A stretch of DNA of 64,000 nt, taken from the NCBI GenBank assembly GCA_965217585.1, contig OZ244561.1:5088001-5152000 (forward strand). The letters are read 5' to 3'. The notes beneath the pieces were generated by a model that was given only the letters and a program-made list of their open reading frames with translations, had not been told where the DNA came from and searched no databases. Source of the stretch: Candidatus Latescibacterota bacterium. Its GTDB lineage: Bacteria; Latescibacterota; UBA2968; UBA8231. Positions 49,960-59,744 of the stretch are shown here, piece by piece. A program made the position numbers and the translations under genes. Position 1 is the first letter of the stretch; each line of letters opens with the position of its first letter.

Positions 49960-50753
49960 CGGATGTGGATGCCCGGGCCGGTCGCGCCGATCATCTGCAC
50001 GGTGTTGTAGATGGAGACCGGCGTCGAGGCCCCGGTGACGCCGGTGATTCCCTCGCTGCGTGCGACCTTGAGGTCGAGGCCCGGGCCTTGGGCATGGATT
50101 TCGACGACGGCTTCACTCCACTCTGGGCTTACCAGCAGCAGCGAGTGCGTGCGGTCGAAGCCGATGCCGGCGTACGCGATGGCTGCGTGGGTGTTGACGT
50201 TGCGCGGGAAGAGCGGGCAGATGCCGCGCGTCGGGCCGTCGTAGAGGACCGTTTCTTCTTTGATGTCGTCGGGGTCGAGGCCAGCGGCCGCGCAATCGAC
50301 GTTGTGCGGGGGCTTCTTCATCACCACATCGACCGACTCCCACACGTCGCGGTTTTCCAACAGCGCGTCCATGCCGACCACGCCTCCATGTGGGACGAAG
50401 GCGCGGGTGCCGGCGCGTCGGGTCGTCTCTTCAATGGTGGCTTCGATGGCTGGGTCGGCGAGGGCGGTCACCGAGATGAACATGTAGTTGGTTTTTTCGA
50501 GGATCGTCTGTCCCCACTGGCGGGTGACGTCCGGGTGGGCCATCTCGACGACGAGATCGGGCTGCCGCGACTCGAAGTTGCCTAAATCTGCTAGGCAGAG
50601 GTCGGCGGGGAGGTTTTGGACGGCCGCGGCCATTTGATCGTGGACGAAGACGACTTCCATGCCGTTGTCTGCGTCAGCTTCTATCATCTGGTGGACGACT
50701 TGGCCGATCTGGCCGTAGCCGATTAGGCCGATGCGGGTTGATGTTTGGCGCAT
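49956..50753 (-). CDS. Aspartate dehydrogenase-like (NadX/DUF108) oxidoreductase
   Basis: GYGQIG Rossmann motif; LYDGPTR..C.LFPRNVNTHAA. Confidence 0.8.
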   Translation of the reverse strand: MRQTSTRIGLIGYGQIGQVVHQMIEADADNGMEVVFVHDQMAAAVQNLPADLCLADLGNFESRQPDLVVEMAHPDVTRQWGQTILEKTNYMFISVTALADPAIEATIEETTRRAGTRAFVPHGGVVGMDALLENRDVWESVDVVMKKPPHNVDCAAAGLDPDDIKEETVLYDGPTRGICPLFPRNVNTHAAIAYAGIGFDRTHSLLLVSPEWSEAVVEIHAQGPGLDLKVARSEGITGVTGASTPVSIYNTVQMIGATGPGIHIR

Positions 50754-50991
50754 GGTTTGGCTCCTCAAAACGGGGTGAAATCGGGAGTAGCGAATATATG
50801 CACTCGCTAGGAATATGGCGAACAAACGGCGCATCGGATCAAAGCTATTTTGTCCACCCGGACCGGCTGTAGCGGTTGATTGCCATCGACCTCCACGTTG
50901 GTCGCGGAACTAGGTGTCGGGGAGCGCTCAATTCAGAAAACGGATTCAGGCGATGCGCGCAGCCAGCATAGAGGTCGGTCAACAAGAGAGT

Positions 50992-51031
50992 CCTACCCAT
51001 CCGATTCTGCTAACGGAAGCGGATGGGTAGG
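50992..51031. other. Perfect 12-bp inverted repeat, possible terminator downstream of the paralog array
   Basis: CCTACCCATCCG-N16-CGGATGGGTAGG. Confidence 0.45.
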
Positions 51032-51115
51032 CCGTCAAGCAATGGCGCAAGCAACATCCTCGGGGTCGGCCGCGACTGGCTGCTGAAGGATGAGCGAATT
51101 CCCCCGTCGCATCGT

Positions 51116-52168
51116 TCAGAAGCGCAGCGTTGCAACTGCTGCCAAATTCCCCCTAGGATCAGGCACCAGACCGATGGAGAAACGATGCCCTTTACCGCGG
51201 GATTCGAGGGGATTGCGAGATAGTTCGGCGTTGCGTGACCATTCAGATGCAAGAGTTGCTCCAACGATAGGGGCCACGATCATGGATGGCGAGAGCGTAC
51301 CGTCAACTATGGTCAACAAGACGCCCGTTACCAATCCCCCTAGACTGCCCCCCAGCGTATGTATGAAACGATCGTTTGGTTCCTCCATATTCACGCCAAT
51401 AGGAATTCCCAATATCCAGCCTGTACCCATACCTATAAGAAGACCTAACTCTATACAAACCCCATCACCACCTTCGTAGGAAGAGGAGTTATCGCAGCCA
51501 TCGTCAATGAACGCACCAATCAGGGCCCCCGGAAGCACACCAACGTTCCCTCCAACTACGCCCCAGAGGAGCTTTCTTACTACTCGCCCTGCGGTTCCAC
51601 CCCTGTCATCCGTTTTCACAAAGATCGTATCCGGCGTTGTTTTCACAAAGATCGTATCCGGCGTTGCTTGGAACCCACCCGAGGCCTGGACAGAATCGGC
51701 CTGGGTTTGAATGTGCTCCTTTCGGCTGCTGTCGAGCTGACCGATATTGTCCGTTCTATCTGCCGCTGTCTCAATTCCCTCATCGGCCTGTGTACTGACC
51801 CCGTCCACCGCCCCCCAAGGGGGCGATCCTACTAAGATCAGCGCTTGAATGCGCTCCAAGGCGATCCACTTCGACCACCCATCCGGTTTCAAGCCTACGA
51901 TCAACCGTCGCTGATTGACGGCTTTAATGTAGCCTCTAGCCGTATCCAGCTTGGCCGACTCCCCTGAAGTCGGATGCCGTTCCCTCTGCTCATAGACGAC
52001 CATGACAAAGGTACCTACTTCCACTGTGCTGCTGTCAATCTCGCCAGCTTCCAACACGACCTCGGCCCGTAGCGCCTCGACATCTTCACGGGCCGAATCT
52101 GCGGACGCATGGTTGATCATTGAGAGGAGCGCAATCGCCGTGAGAAGGAATCGAACAGTTGTGTTCAT
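51116..52168 (-). CDS. Secreted Gly-zipper variable paralog V1
   Basis: MNTTVRFLLTAIALL signal, conserved beta-domain, Cys loop, ends FSIGLVPDPRGNLAAVATLRF. Confidence 0.75.
   Translation of the reverse strand: MNTTVRFLLTAIALLSMINHASADSAREDVEALRAEVVLEAGEIDSSTVEVGTFVMVVYEQRERHPTSGESAKLDTARGYIKAVNQRRLIVGLKPDGWSKWIALERIQALILVGSPPWGAVDGVSTQADEGIETAADRTDNIGQLDSSRKEHIQTQADSVQASGGFQATPDTIFVKTTPDTIFVKTDDRGGTAGRVVRKLLWGVVGGNVGVLPGALIGAFIDDGCDNSSSYEGGDGVCIELGLLIGMGTGWILGIPIGVNMEEPNDRFIHTLGGSLGGLVTGVLLTIVDGTLSPSMIVAPIVGATLASEWSRNAELSRNPLESRGKGHRFSIGLVPDPRGNLAAVATLRF
51612..51665 (+). repeat. 27-bp perfect tandem duplication in V1 (TPDTIFVKT x2)
   Basis: gttttcacaaagatcgtatccggcgtt x2. Confidence 0.9.
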
Positions 52169-52245
52169 ATCTCCATCTTCCATTCCTCGGACGCTAAAGC
52201 TCTCGATTGACTGAACGTGGATTTAAGCCTCATGCAAGCGGCCCT

Positions 52246-53262
52246 TCAATCCCGCCAATCGACGACCACCCCGACGATATCCCCATCTCGCTCCCGCTTA
52301 ATGCGTTCGAACATTGCCGGCATCTCGGCGCACCCTATCCGATGGGTAATGCAGTGTTCCCACTTGAGCGCTCCCATCGCCATGTTCTTGATCACAGCGC
52401 GGCGGCAGGGCTGCCAGCCGTCGTCGCAGGGGAAAAACATCTGTAGCCGCTTGCCGTGCGGCGTAGGAAAGTCTAGGGCGATCGGCTCGTCCCCGTAGTG
52501 GCCCTGCCAGACAAAAGACCCAAACCGCCGACAGAGGGCAATCGCCGGATCAATGCACTGCGGATGCCCGGTGCACTCGAATACCACATCGGCACCTTCG
52601 GGCTCGATCTCCCGTACTACAGCGGCCACGTCCTGCTTTTTGCCATTGATTGCATGATCCGCTCCCAGTGCATTGGCGACCGCCAGCGGTTTTTCATCAA
52701 TGTCCACCGCCACCACCACGCACCCTCGCTGTGCACAAGCCGCCACCACCCCTAAGCCAATCATCCCCACCCCGTGTACCACTACCGTATCCCCCATCCG
52801 CGGATTGGCCATATCGACGCCATAGAGCCCCACTGCCGGCATCACAAACAAACTCGCCACATCCATTCCCGCCCCGGGCACCATCTTGGCCACGCCATGC
52901 GTGGTATTGGGCCGCGTCACGACGCGACTGCAATGCCCTCCGGAAACGCACCCGACCTCCGTCCCGTCGGCTAATCTCATCGCGTCATTGCCGCGAAAGT
53001 ACACTTCGTCGCCGACCGCAAAATTGTCGATATCGGCCCCGACGGCTTCTATGGTGCCCGTGCCCTGATAGCCGGTGCACAACGGAAAGGGGTTGCGGTT
53101 CATCTTGCTGATCTTGCCGCTGATCAGTCCGAACTCGGTGCCGATACTGACCCCGGTAAAATGGGTGCGGATCGCGACTTGATCGGGGGCGGGATCATTC
53201 AGTACGACCGCAGTCAGCGCGAAATTTTGCTGTTCGTCGCAGATGAGCGCTTTGGCATCCAT
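52246..53262 (-). CDS. MDR/zinc-binding alcohol dehydrogenase-like oxidoreductase
   Basis: VSIGTE, TGYQGTG, GVGMIG, GADVVFECTG. Confidence 0.85.
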   Translation of the reverse strand: MDAKALICDEQQNFALTAVVLNDPAPDQVAIRTHFTGVSIGTEFGLISGKISKMNRNPFPLCTGYQGTGTIEAVGADIDNFAVGDEVYFRGNDAMRLADGTEVGCVSGGHCSRVVTRPNTTHGVAKMVPGAGMDVASLFVMPAVGLYGVDMANPRMGDTVVVHGVGMIGLGVVAACAQRGCVVVAVDIDEKPLAVANALGADHAINGKKQDVAAVVREIEPEGADVVFECTGHPQCIDPAIALCRRFGSFVWQGHYGDEPIALDFPTPHGKRLQMFFPCDDGWQPCRRAVIKNMAMGALKWEHCITHRIGCAEMPAMFERIKRERDGDIVGVVVDWRD

Positions 53263-53321
53263 GAGAAATCCTTTCGGGTGTTTGTAGATTGGACTTTGGC
53301 CATTTTGAGAGCATAAAATAG

Positions 53322-53415
53322 ATCGCCGTGAGAAGGAATCGCAATACGGTGCTCATATCTATCATTTTTCATCATTAGGACAGTAAAGCGCTCGATCGAC
53401 TGAACGTGGATTTAG
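53322..53415 (-). pseudogene. 5' remnant (leader plus about 12 codons) of a fifth array paralog
   Basis: Encodes MSTVLRFLLTAI; similar to 52134-52226. Confidence 0.75.
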
Positions 53416-53469
53416 GCGTCGTCTGGTCGCCTTAACGTACCGGATCGGGCGTTTTTCTCGGCGCATCGT

Positions 53470-54081
53470 TCAGAACCGTAGTGTAGCAACTGCTGACAAG
53501 CTCCTCTTGGGTCCTGGCATTAGACCGACAGAGAAACGGGAGACTTCAGGGGAATTGTGCGACATGAACACAGAAGGCAGGTCAAACCGAGACAACTCAG
53601 ACATTATAGTCGCAAAGATGGAAGGACAGACAAAGAGAGGCGAGATCCAGATATTGTCGTATTTTTCTGCGAGACCAAAGCCTACTCCAATTCCTAGCAT
53701 ACTGCCTAGTAGTGAAATGGCGAACTGAGGGCGTGGATCAACTAGGCTCACACCAAGCGCGGTTCCGACTGGATAGAAAGTCGACATGCCAATAATGTAG
53801 ACAACAGCTCCACATATACCGTCATCTCTGTCACAGCCGCTAGCTAGCATTTGCGTTAACCCAAAAAAGGAAAGGTTACCTCCGACGGCACCTGCAACCA
53901 ACTTGCTGGCAATCCGTATGCTAGTTCTCATGTCATCTGTTTTTACAGAAAGCGTATCCGGCGTCTCGCCGCCTTCCAACACGACCTCGGCCTGTGGGGC
54001 GTCTGCTTGAGCATTCGCCGCATAGTTGACCATTGCGAGGAGCGCAATCGTCGTGAGAAGGAATCGCAATACGGTGTTCAT
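53470..54081 (-). CDS. Variable paralog V2 (lacks the N-terminal beta-domain)
   Basis: MNTVLRFLLTTIALL...EVVLEGGETPDT...FSVGLMPGPKRSLSAVATLRF. Confidence 0.75.
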   Translation of the reverse strand: MNTVLRFLLTTIALLAMVNYAANAQADAPQAEVVLEGGETPDTLSVKTDDMRTSIRIASKLVAGAVGGNLSFFGLTQMLASGCDRDDGICGAVVYIIGMSTFYPVGTALGVSLVDPRPQFAISLLGSMLGIGVGFGLAEKYDNIWISPLFVCPSIFATIMSELSRFDLPSVFMSHNSPEVSRFSVGLMPGPKRSLSAVATLRF

Positions 54082-54192
54082 GCCTTCATCTCCCATTCCT
54101 TAGATGATAAAGCGCTCGATTGACTGAACGTGGATGTAGGCGTCATGCCGCCGTCTCCGCTACTGGAGTGGGCGTTTTTCTCGGCGCATCGC

Positions 54193-55281
54193 TCAGAAGC
54201 GCAGCGTGGCGACGGCGGACAATCCCCTCTTGGGGTTCGGTACCAAACCGACGGAGAATCGGCGGGCTTTAGGGGGACTGCGCGACAACTCGGACATCCA
54301 TGTCGCTAAAATGGCAGGACCGACGAAGATAGATGGCCATAAATCCTCGGCGTCCGCTAAGATCACCCCTCCTCCGAGTCCTAGCAGGCTGCCTACCAGT
54401 GCCATGATGAATCGGTCGTGTGGATCAAGCAGACTCACGCCAACCGCTGTTCCGACCGAATAGCCGACTGACCCTCCGAAGAGAACTCCATATGCGGCGG
54501 CCAATCCACATGATTGGTCGCCAGAGCAATTTCGTCCTCCTAAAAAGTTGTGACCTAAGACGACACCTAAGAGGCTACCCAATAAGCCTCCTCCTAAGCC
54601 CCCTAAAGCACTGACGGCCAACTTTCTGGCAATCCGTCTGCCGGCCCCCATGTCGTCCCTTATATACAGTATCCCATAAAGTGTATCCGGTGTCTCTGTA
54701 AGCCCGTTATCGGCGCGACCAGAAGGAAGGCCGCCCATAATCAACTTTCCGATAATCCGTCTGGTCGTACTCGTACTGTCCTGATTCGCCGATCTCAGGG
54801 GAGGCGCTGCAACGGTTGCTGAATCGACGGCCACGTTGGTCTGCGTACTGTTCCGGTCCGCTGAGGTTAGGAAAGGCGCTGCAACGGTTGCCGCCTCAAC
54901 CGCCGCAGTGGCCAGTGCACTGGCTCTAGCTATCGCATCCGGAGAAGGCGAACCTACCAAGACCAGTGCTTGAATGCGGTTCAAGGCGATCCACTTCGAC
55001 CACCCATCCGGTTCCAAGCCTACGATCAACCGTCGCTGATTGACGGCTTTAATGTAGCCTCTCGCCGTATCCAGTCGTGCCTGAGTCCCCGAGATCGGCT
55101 GCCGCTTTTCTCGCCCATAGACGACCACGACGAAATCACCCACTTCCACCGTGCTGCTGTAGATCTCACTGGCTTCCAACACGACCCCGGCCTGTGGGGC
55201 GTCTGCTTGAGCATTCGCCGCATAGTTGACCATTGCGAGGAGCGCAATCCTCGTGAGAAGGAATCGAAATATGGGGTTCAT
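54193..55281 (-). CDS. Variable paralog V3
   Basis: MNPIFRFLL...; internal ATVAAP..SA...ST repeat; ends FSVGLVPNPKRGLSAVATLRF. Confidence 0.75.
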   Translation of the reverse strand: MNPIFRFLLTRIALLAMVNYAANAQADAPQAGVVLEASEIYSSTVEVGDFVVVVYGREKRQPISGTQARLDTARGYIKAVNQRRLIVGLEPDGWSKWIALNRIQALVLVGSPSPDAIARASALATAAVEAATVAAPFLTSADRNSTQTNVAVDSATVAAPPLRSANQDSTSTTRRIIGKLIMGGLPSGRADNGLTETPDTLYGILYIRDDMGAGRRIARKLAVSALGGLGGGLLGSLLGVVLGHNFLGGRNCSGDQSCGLAAAYGVLFGGSVGYSVGTAVGVSLLDPHDRFIMALVGSLLGLGGGVILADAEDLWPSIFVGPAILATWMSELSRSPPKARRFSVGLVPNPKRGLSAVATLRF

Positions 55282-55390
55282 GCCTTCATCTCCCATTCCC
55301 TGGACGGTAAAGCTCCCGATTGACTGCACGTGGATATAGGGGTTATCCCACCGCCTTATGTACTGGAGTGGGCGTTTTTTAATGCATCGT

Positions 55391-56218
55391 TCAGAAGCGC
55401 AGCGTGGCGACGGCGGACAGGTCCCCATTGGAATTCGGCACCAGATCGACGGAGAATCGGCGAGCTTCAGGGGGCTTGCGCGACAACTCGGACATCAATG
55501 TCGATAGGATAACAGGACCGACGAAGATGGATGGCCAGAGTTCGCGGTCACTGTTTGCCGTCAACCAGATGCCCGCTCCGAATCCCAACAGGCTGCCTAG
55601 TAGGGAAGGGAAGAATTGATCGTGTGGATCGATTCTGCTCACTCCATAGGCGGTTCCGGCTGCATAGCCAATTGCCGCGCCCACAATGGCATCTTCGTTA
55701 AATCCACAATCTCCTTCACAGCTTTCGAACCCCGCACCGATGCCTCCCCCCAAATACGCGGAAAAGCTGCCTAACGCGGCACCGGAAAATAACTTGATAG
55801 CAATCCGCTTGATGCTTCCCATGTCGTCCGTTATCACCGAGAACCTATCCGGCGTCTCTGGGAGCCGGCGCATGGCACGGCCATAGGCTGCCTTGTGTGA
55901 CAGGGTCAGTGTTTGGATCCGATCCAAGGCGATCCGCTGTGGCCAGCCCTTTAGGGACAGGAGCAATCCCTGCCGGTCCACGGCTTTAATGTAGCCTCTT
56001 GTCGTATCCAGCTTAGCCCAAGCCCCCGAGAGCGACTGCGGTGGTTCTTCCCGTTCATAGACGACCACGACAAAGGCTCCCACTTCCACCGTGCTGCTGT
56101 CGATCTCGTCGGCTTCCAACACGACCTCGGCGTCGTCGCGGCCCGTATTTGCGTGCGCGTGGTTGACCATTGCAAGGAGCAAAATCGCCGCGAGGATGAA
56201 TCGAACGGCTGTGTCCAT
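55391..56218 (-). CDS. Variable paralog V4
   Basis: MDTAVRFILAAILLL...; ends FSVDLVPNSNGDLSAVATLRF. Confidence 0.75.
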   Translation of the reverse strand: MDTAVRFILAAILLLAMVNHAHANTGRDDAEVVLEADEIDSSTVEVGAFVVVVYEREEPPQSLSGAWAKLDTTRGYIKAVDRQGLLLSLKGWPQRIALDRIQTLTLSHKAAYGRAMRRLPETPDRFSVITDDMGSIKRIAIKLFSGAALGSFSAYLGGGIGAGFESCEGDCGFNEDAIVGAAIGYAAGTAYGVSRIDPHDQFFPSLLGSLLGFGAGIWLTANSDRELWPSIFVGPVILSTLMSELSRKPPEARRFSVDLVPNSNGDLSAVATLRF

Positions 56219-56372
56219 ATCTCCATCTCCCATGCCTTGTCTTCTTTTAACCCCTCAACCCACCTTTGCTGCCACCTGTCAACCTTGGAAATCCCGTCCA
56301 CAGGTCAGGTCTTCTGCAAATGCGGATAGCGTTTTGGGGTTGTAGCCGCCCGTCGAGGCGGATGAAGAGAAT

Positions 56373-58850
56373 TTATTTGCGCTCGGAGATTTTGCAGACC
56401 CAGATGCTGATTTCGTAGAGCAGGAGCAGGGGCAGGGCCATCAGGATCTGGGAGACTGGGTCGGGCGGTGTGAAGATCGCGCCGAGGACGAAGATGCCGA
56501 TGATGGCATAGCGGCGAATGTGGCGCATCCGCGCGGCGGTCAGCACGCCGACCTTGGCCAAAAAGAGCGACAGCACCGGCATCTCAAAGACAATGCCAAA
56601 GCCGGCTATGAGCCGCAGCACAAAGCCGATGTACTCGTCGGCCGCCCATTGCGAGGTCATGTCGGGCGGCTCTAGCGAGAGAAAAAAGCGCAGCCCGAGC
56701 GGGAGGACGATGTAATAGGCGATCATCGCGCCGACCGAAAAGCAGAAGACGCTCAGCGAGATAATGGGCACCATGAGCCGTTTCTCGCGCTGCAAAAGCC
56801 CTGGGGCGACAAATCGCCAGGCTTGGTAGAAGAGGGCGGGCAGCGCCAGCAGCAGTCCGCCAACAAAGGCGATTTGCAGACTGATAAAGAAGTAAGTCAT
56901 GGGTCGGAGGGCTTGCAGACGACGCGCCGGAGGCAGGTCGGCGATTGGCGCGTCTGGCTCCGGCGCAGCATCGGACAGGCCCAACCACTGGCGCACCAAC
57001 TGCACCGCGCCCGAGGATTGCTGGTTCTCCAAGCTGAAGACGGCTTCTTCGTAAGGCCGGGTCAAGATCTGCACGATTGAGTCGGAGAGGGCGAAGCAGA
57101 TCGCCGCACCCACGACGAGCGCACCTAGAGCCTTGAGAATGCGCCAGCGGAGTTCTTCGAGGTGGTCGAGAAAGGGCATGTTGTTTTCCCGGGGCGGGTC
57201 TGGGTCATGGTTAGCTTCTGGATCGAGGTCAGCGTCTGGTTCGTGTTGAACTTCTGAGTCGAGGTCAGCGTCTGATTCGTGTTGAACTTCTGGGTCGAGG
57301 TCAGCTTCTGCTGGCTCGCGGGTGGCTCGCGGCTTGCGGAAACGGGCGACGAGGGCGACTAGGGAGATCATCAGGCAGCCCCAGGCGAAGAGGTCGCCGT
57401 GCCGGGTGTAGAAGGTCGCGGGCTGGCCGACCGGCACGGAGGCAACCGCGACTGCGGGCGTGAAGAGGTCGGTCGCCTCGTAGGTGCGGCCAAACGGGTC
57501 GATGAACAGGGAGATGCCGGTGGTGGCGGCGCGGGCGATGGCCGTGCGGTTTTCAACGGCGCGCATGGCGTTGATGAGGGCGTGTTGGTAGGGTCCCGCA
57601 CTGCGGCCAAACCACGAGTCATTGGTAATGTTGACCAGCACGCGAGCCCCAGCCGCTACGTGCTGGCGCACCAGATCGGGAAAGATGGACTCAAAGCAGA
57701 TGAGCACGGCAAAGGGATGTCGGGGATGGGGAAAAACCGCGTGCTCTGTGCCGCGCGAAAATTCCGCCGGGCCGAGGTCGCCGGTCAGGCGGGACCAGTC
57801 GATGTCGCGCAGCAGGGGGATGGCGTCTCGGTAGGGAGTCCGCTCGCCAAAGGGCACTAAGTGCATCTTGGCGTACGAAGGTAGGGCTGTGGCCCCGGGC
57901 TGTACGAAGAAGGCCGCGTTATAGTTCGCGTGCGGCGCGCCGGTCAGCAAGGGGATGTCCAGCTCCTCGACGAGCGCTTGGACGCGGCCTCGGCAACCGG
58001 CCCGGCGGACGGGATCGCACGGCAGGGCGGTTTCGGGCCAGACCAGCAGCTCGGGATCGCGCTTGGCCGCTTGGCGCGAGAGGGTGGCGAGGGCTGCGAA
58101 ACTGCGCTCCAGCCCGTTGGGACCCCACTTGTCGGCGTACGTGGTGTTCGGTTGGATCAGGCCGATGCGCAGGCCCTCGGCCGGAACGGGCGCAGCCAGC
58201 GCGCTCTGCGCGTGGAGCCAAGGCAAGAGGTAGCCCAAGGCAACGCCCGCGAGAAAGACGCGCCGCTCGACGAGCGCCAAGTAGAACAGCGCGTTGAGGC
58301 CGACGACCCAGCAGGAGACGCCAAAGACGCCGGTCCAGGTGGCGTACTGGATGAAGTGGGGCAGGGCTGCTTGGCTGTGCCCCAGCAAGAGCCAGGGAAA
58401 CCCCAACTCCCCGAGGGAGAGCAGATATTCCTGCCCGGTCCACAACAAAGGCAGCAGTGCGAGGGCCTTTGTGCCCCACCGCGCGGCGAGCACGTTGAAC
58501 AGCCCGGTGCAGAGACCGGTAAAAAGGCCCAAATAAGCGGCCATCAGCCCGGTGCCCCCGACGACGGCGAGCCCCCCGCCTTGGGTATAGGCCACCCAGT
58601 ACAAGGACAGCAGGTTCCAGACCAAGCCGCTGATCCAACCCGCGGCAAAGCTGGCTTTGAAGCCGCCGCGATCCTTCAGCGCGAGCAGCAAAGGCACCAG
58701 TGCACAATGGGCCCAGAGCGGATGATAGAGAAAGGCGAGGGGGTGATCAGGATGGCTGGGAAAGGCCAGCGAGAGTAAGGCCCCGCTCAGTGTGGCGAGC
58801 AGCAGGCGGTAAAGCGGGGTTGGAACCAGGACAGAGCGCGGGTTAGACAT
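56373..58850 (-). CDS. lnt-tatC: Apolipoprotein N-acyltransferase (Lnt) fused to TatC
   Basis: Lnt: GFPW, WPETA, YAKMHLVPFGE, ICFES, NITNDSWFG. TatC: MPFLDHLEELRWR, FVAPGL..REK, FEMP, TPPDPVSQ. One uninterrupted frame. Confidence 0.9.
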   Translation of the reverse strand: MSNPRSVLVPTPLYRLLLATLSGALLSLAFPSHPDHPLAFLYHPLWAHCALVPLLLALKDRGGFKASFAAGWISGLVWNLLSLYWVAYTQGGGLAVVGGTGLMAAYLGLFTGLCTGLFNVLAARWGTKALALLPLLWTGQEYLLSLGELGFPWLLLGHSQAALPHFIQYATWTGVFGVSCWVVGLNALFYLALVERRVFLAGVALGYLLPWLHAQSALAAPVPAEGLRIGLIQPNTTYADKWGPNGLERSFAALATLSRQAAKRDPELLVWPETALPCDPVRRAGCRGRVQALVEELDIPLLTGAPHANYNAAFFVQPGATALPSYAKMHLVPFGERTPYRDAIPLLRDIDWSRLTGDLGPAEFSRGTEHAVFPHPRHPFAVLICFESIFPDLVRQHVAAGARVLVNITNDSWFGRSAGPYQHALINAMRAVENRTAIARAATTGISLFIDPFGRTYEATDLFTPAVAVASVPVGQPATFYTRHGDLFAWGCLMISLVALVARFRKPRATREPAEADLDPEVQHESDADLDSEVQHEPDADLDPEANHDPDPPRENNMPFLDHLEELRWRILKALGALVVGAAICFALSDSIVQILTRPYEEAVFSLENQQSSGAVQLVRQWLGLSDAAPEPDAPIADLPPARRLQALRPMTYFFISLQIAFVGGLLLALPALFYQAWRFVAPGLLQREKRLMVPIISLSVFCFSVGAMIAYYIVLPLGLRFFLSLEPPDMTSQWAADEYIGFVLRLIAGFGIVFEMPVLSLFLAKVGVLTAARMRHIRRYAIIGIFVLGAIFTPPDPVSQILMALPLLLLYEISIWVCKISERK
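57199..57310 (-). repeat. About three 36-bp tandem repeats encoding the acidic linker (DADLDPEVQHE[S/P])
   Basis: Units start at 57215, 57251 and 57287. Confidence 0.85.
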
Positions 58851-58909
58851 CGGCAGTGGGGGGGTAATGCTCAAAAATATAGGAGGGGGGCTAGGGCGGA
58901 GCAAGGCGC

Positions 58910-58925
58910 TGGCACAGATTCTGCT
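58910..58925 (+). promoter_or_regulatory. Putative sigma54 promoter upstream of radC
   Basis: TGGCACAGATTCTGCT (GG-N10-GC). Confidence 0.5.
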
Positions 58926-59024
58926 TATTACGTCGGTTGCGTCTAGTGCCCGGTGGCTCGTGGGGGCTGGACGCTACAGTCGCGTGGTTTTTTTGCTACA
59001 GCTTTGCCCAAGGAGGAACGCGCC

Positions 59025-59744
59025 GTGCCAACGCAAACTCAGCCCATTGATTACGACTTGGCCGCCCGCACTGTGGGCGAGGGGCCACTCTTCCGCCCCG
59101 ACGAACTACCGCGGGAGCGGCTCGCGCGCTTGGGTCCGCAGGCGCTCAAGGATCAAGAGCTGTTGGCCGTGGCCTTGGGGACGGGGTATCGCGGTCGGCA
59201 CGTGATGGACTTGGCCGAGGACATCCTCGCCGATTACCCCAAGGAATCGCTGGTGGACATGGATCTAGGGGAATTGAGCCGGATCAAGGGGCTGGGCAAG
59301 GCCAAGGCCGGGGTCTTAGTCGCGGCGTTTGAACTGGCGCGCCGCGGGTTGCACAAGGGCTTGGGGGTACGGCCGGTGATTAGTGCGCCCGGCGACGCGC
59401 TGTCGATGCTTTCCGATATCAAGGATCAGCAGCGCGAGCACTTTCTCTGCCTGTATCTCAACGCCCGCAATCAGGTGATCCACAAGGAGGTCGTGTCCAT
59501 CGGCAGTCTATCTTCGGCCATCGTGCATCCGCGCGAGGTCTTTCGCACGGCCGTATCGCAGGCTGCGGCCAGCTTGATCTTGGCGCACAACCATCCCTCC
59601 GGCGACGTATCGCCCAGCCAGGACGATATCAACCTGACGCGGCGCTTGGTACAGGCCGGCGAAATCATGGGTATTGACGTGCTCGACCACCTCATCATCG
59701 GCAGCGACGATTTTCTTAGCTTGAAGGAGCGCGGCTTGATCTAA
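59025..59744 (+). CDS. radC: RadC-like JAB domain protein
   Basis: AAGGAGG RBS + GTG; PRERL, VHPREVF, AHNHPSGD, VLDHLII. Confidence 0.93.
   Translation: MPTQTQPIDYDLAARTVGEGPLFRPDELPRERLARLGPQALKDQELLAVALGTGYRGRHVMDLAEDILADYPKESLVDMDLGELSRIKGLGKAKAGVLVAAFELARRGLHKGLGVRPVISAPGDALSMLSDIKDQQREHFLCLYLNARNQVIHKEVVSIGSLSSAIVHPREVFRTAVSQAAASLILAHNHPSGDVSPSQDDINLTRRLVQAGEIMGIDVLDHLIIGSDDFLSLKERGLI

Noticed and set aside
51100-56240. Integron cassette array, CRISPR or DGR interpretation
   Set aside because: Spacers lack attC R''/R' (RYYYAAC..GTTRRRY) palindromic structure; units are gene-sized; no integrase, cas or reverse transcriptase in the window
57199-57310. 36-bp repeats as a mini-CRISPR
   Set aside because: Head-to-tail without unique spacers and in frame within lnt-tatC
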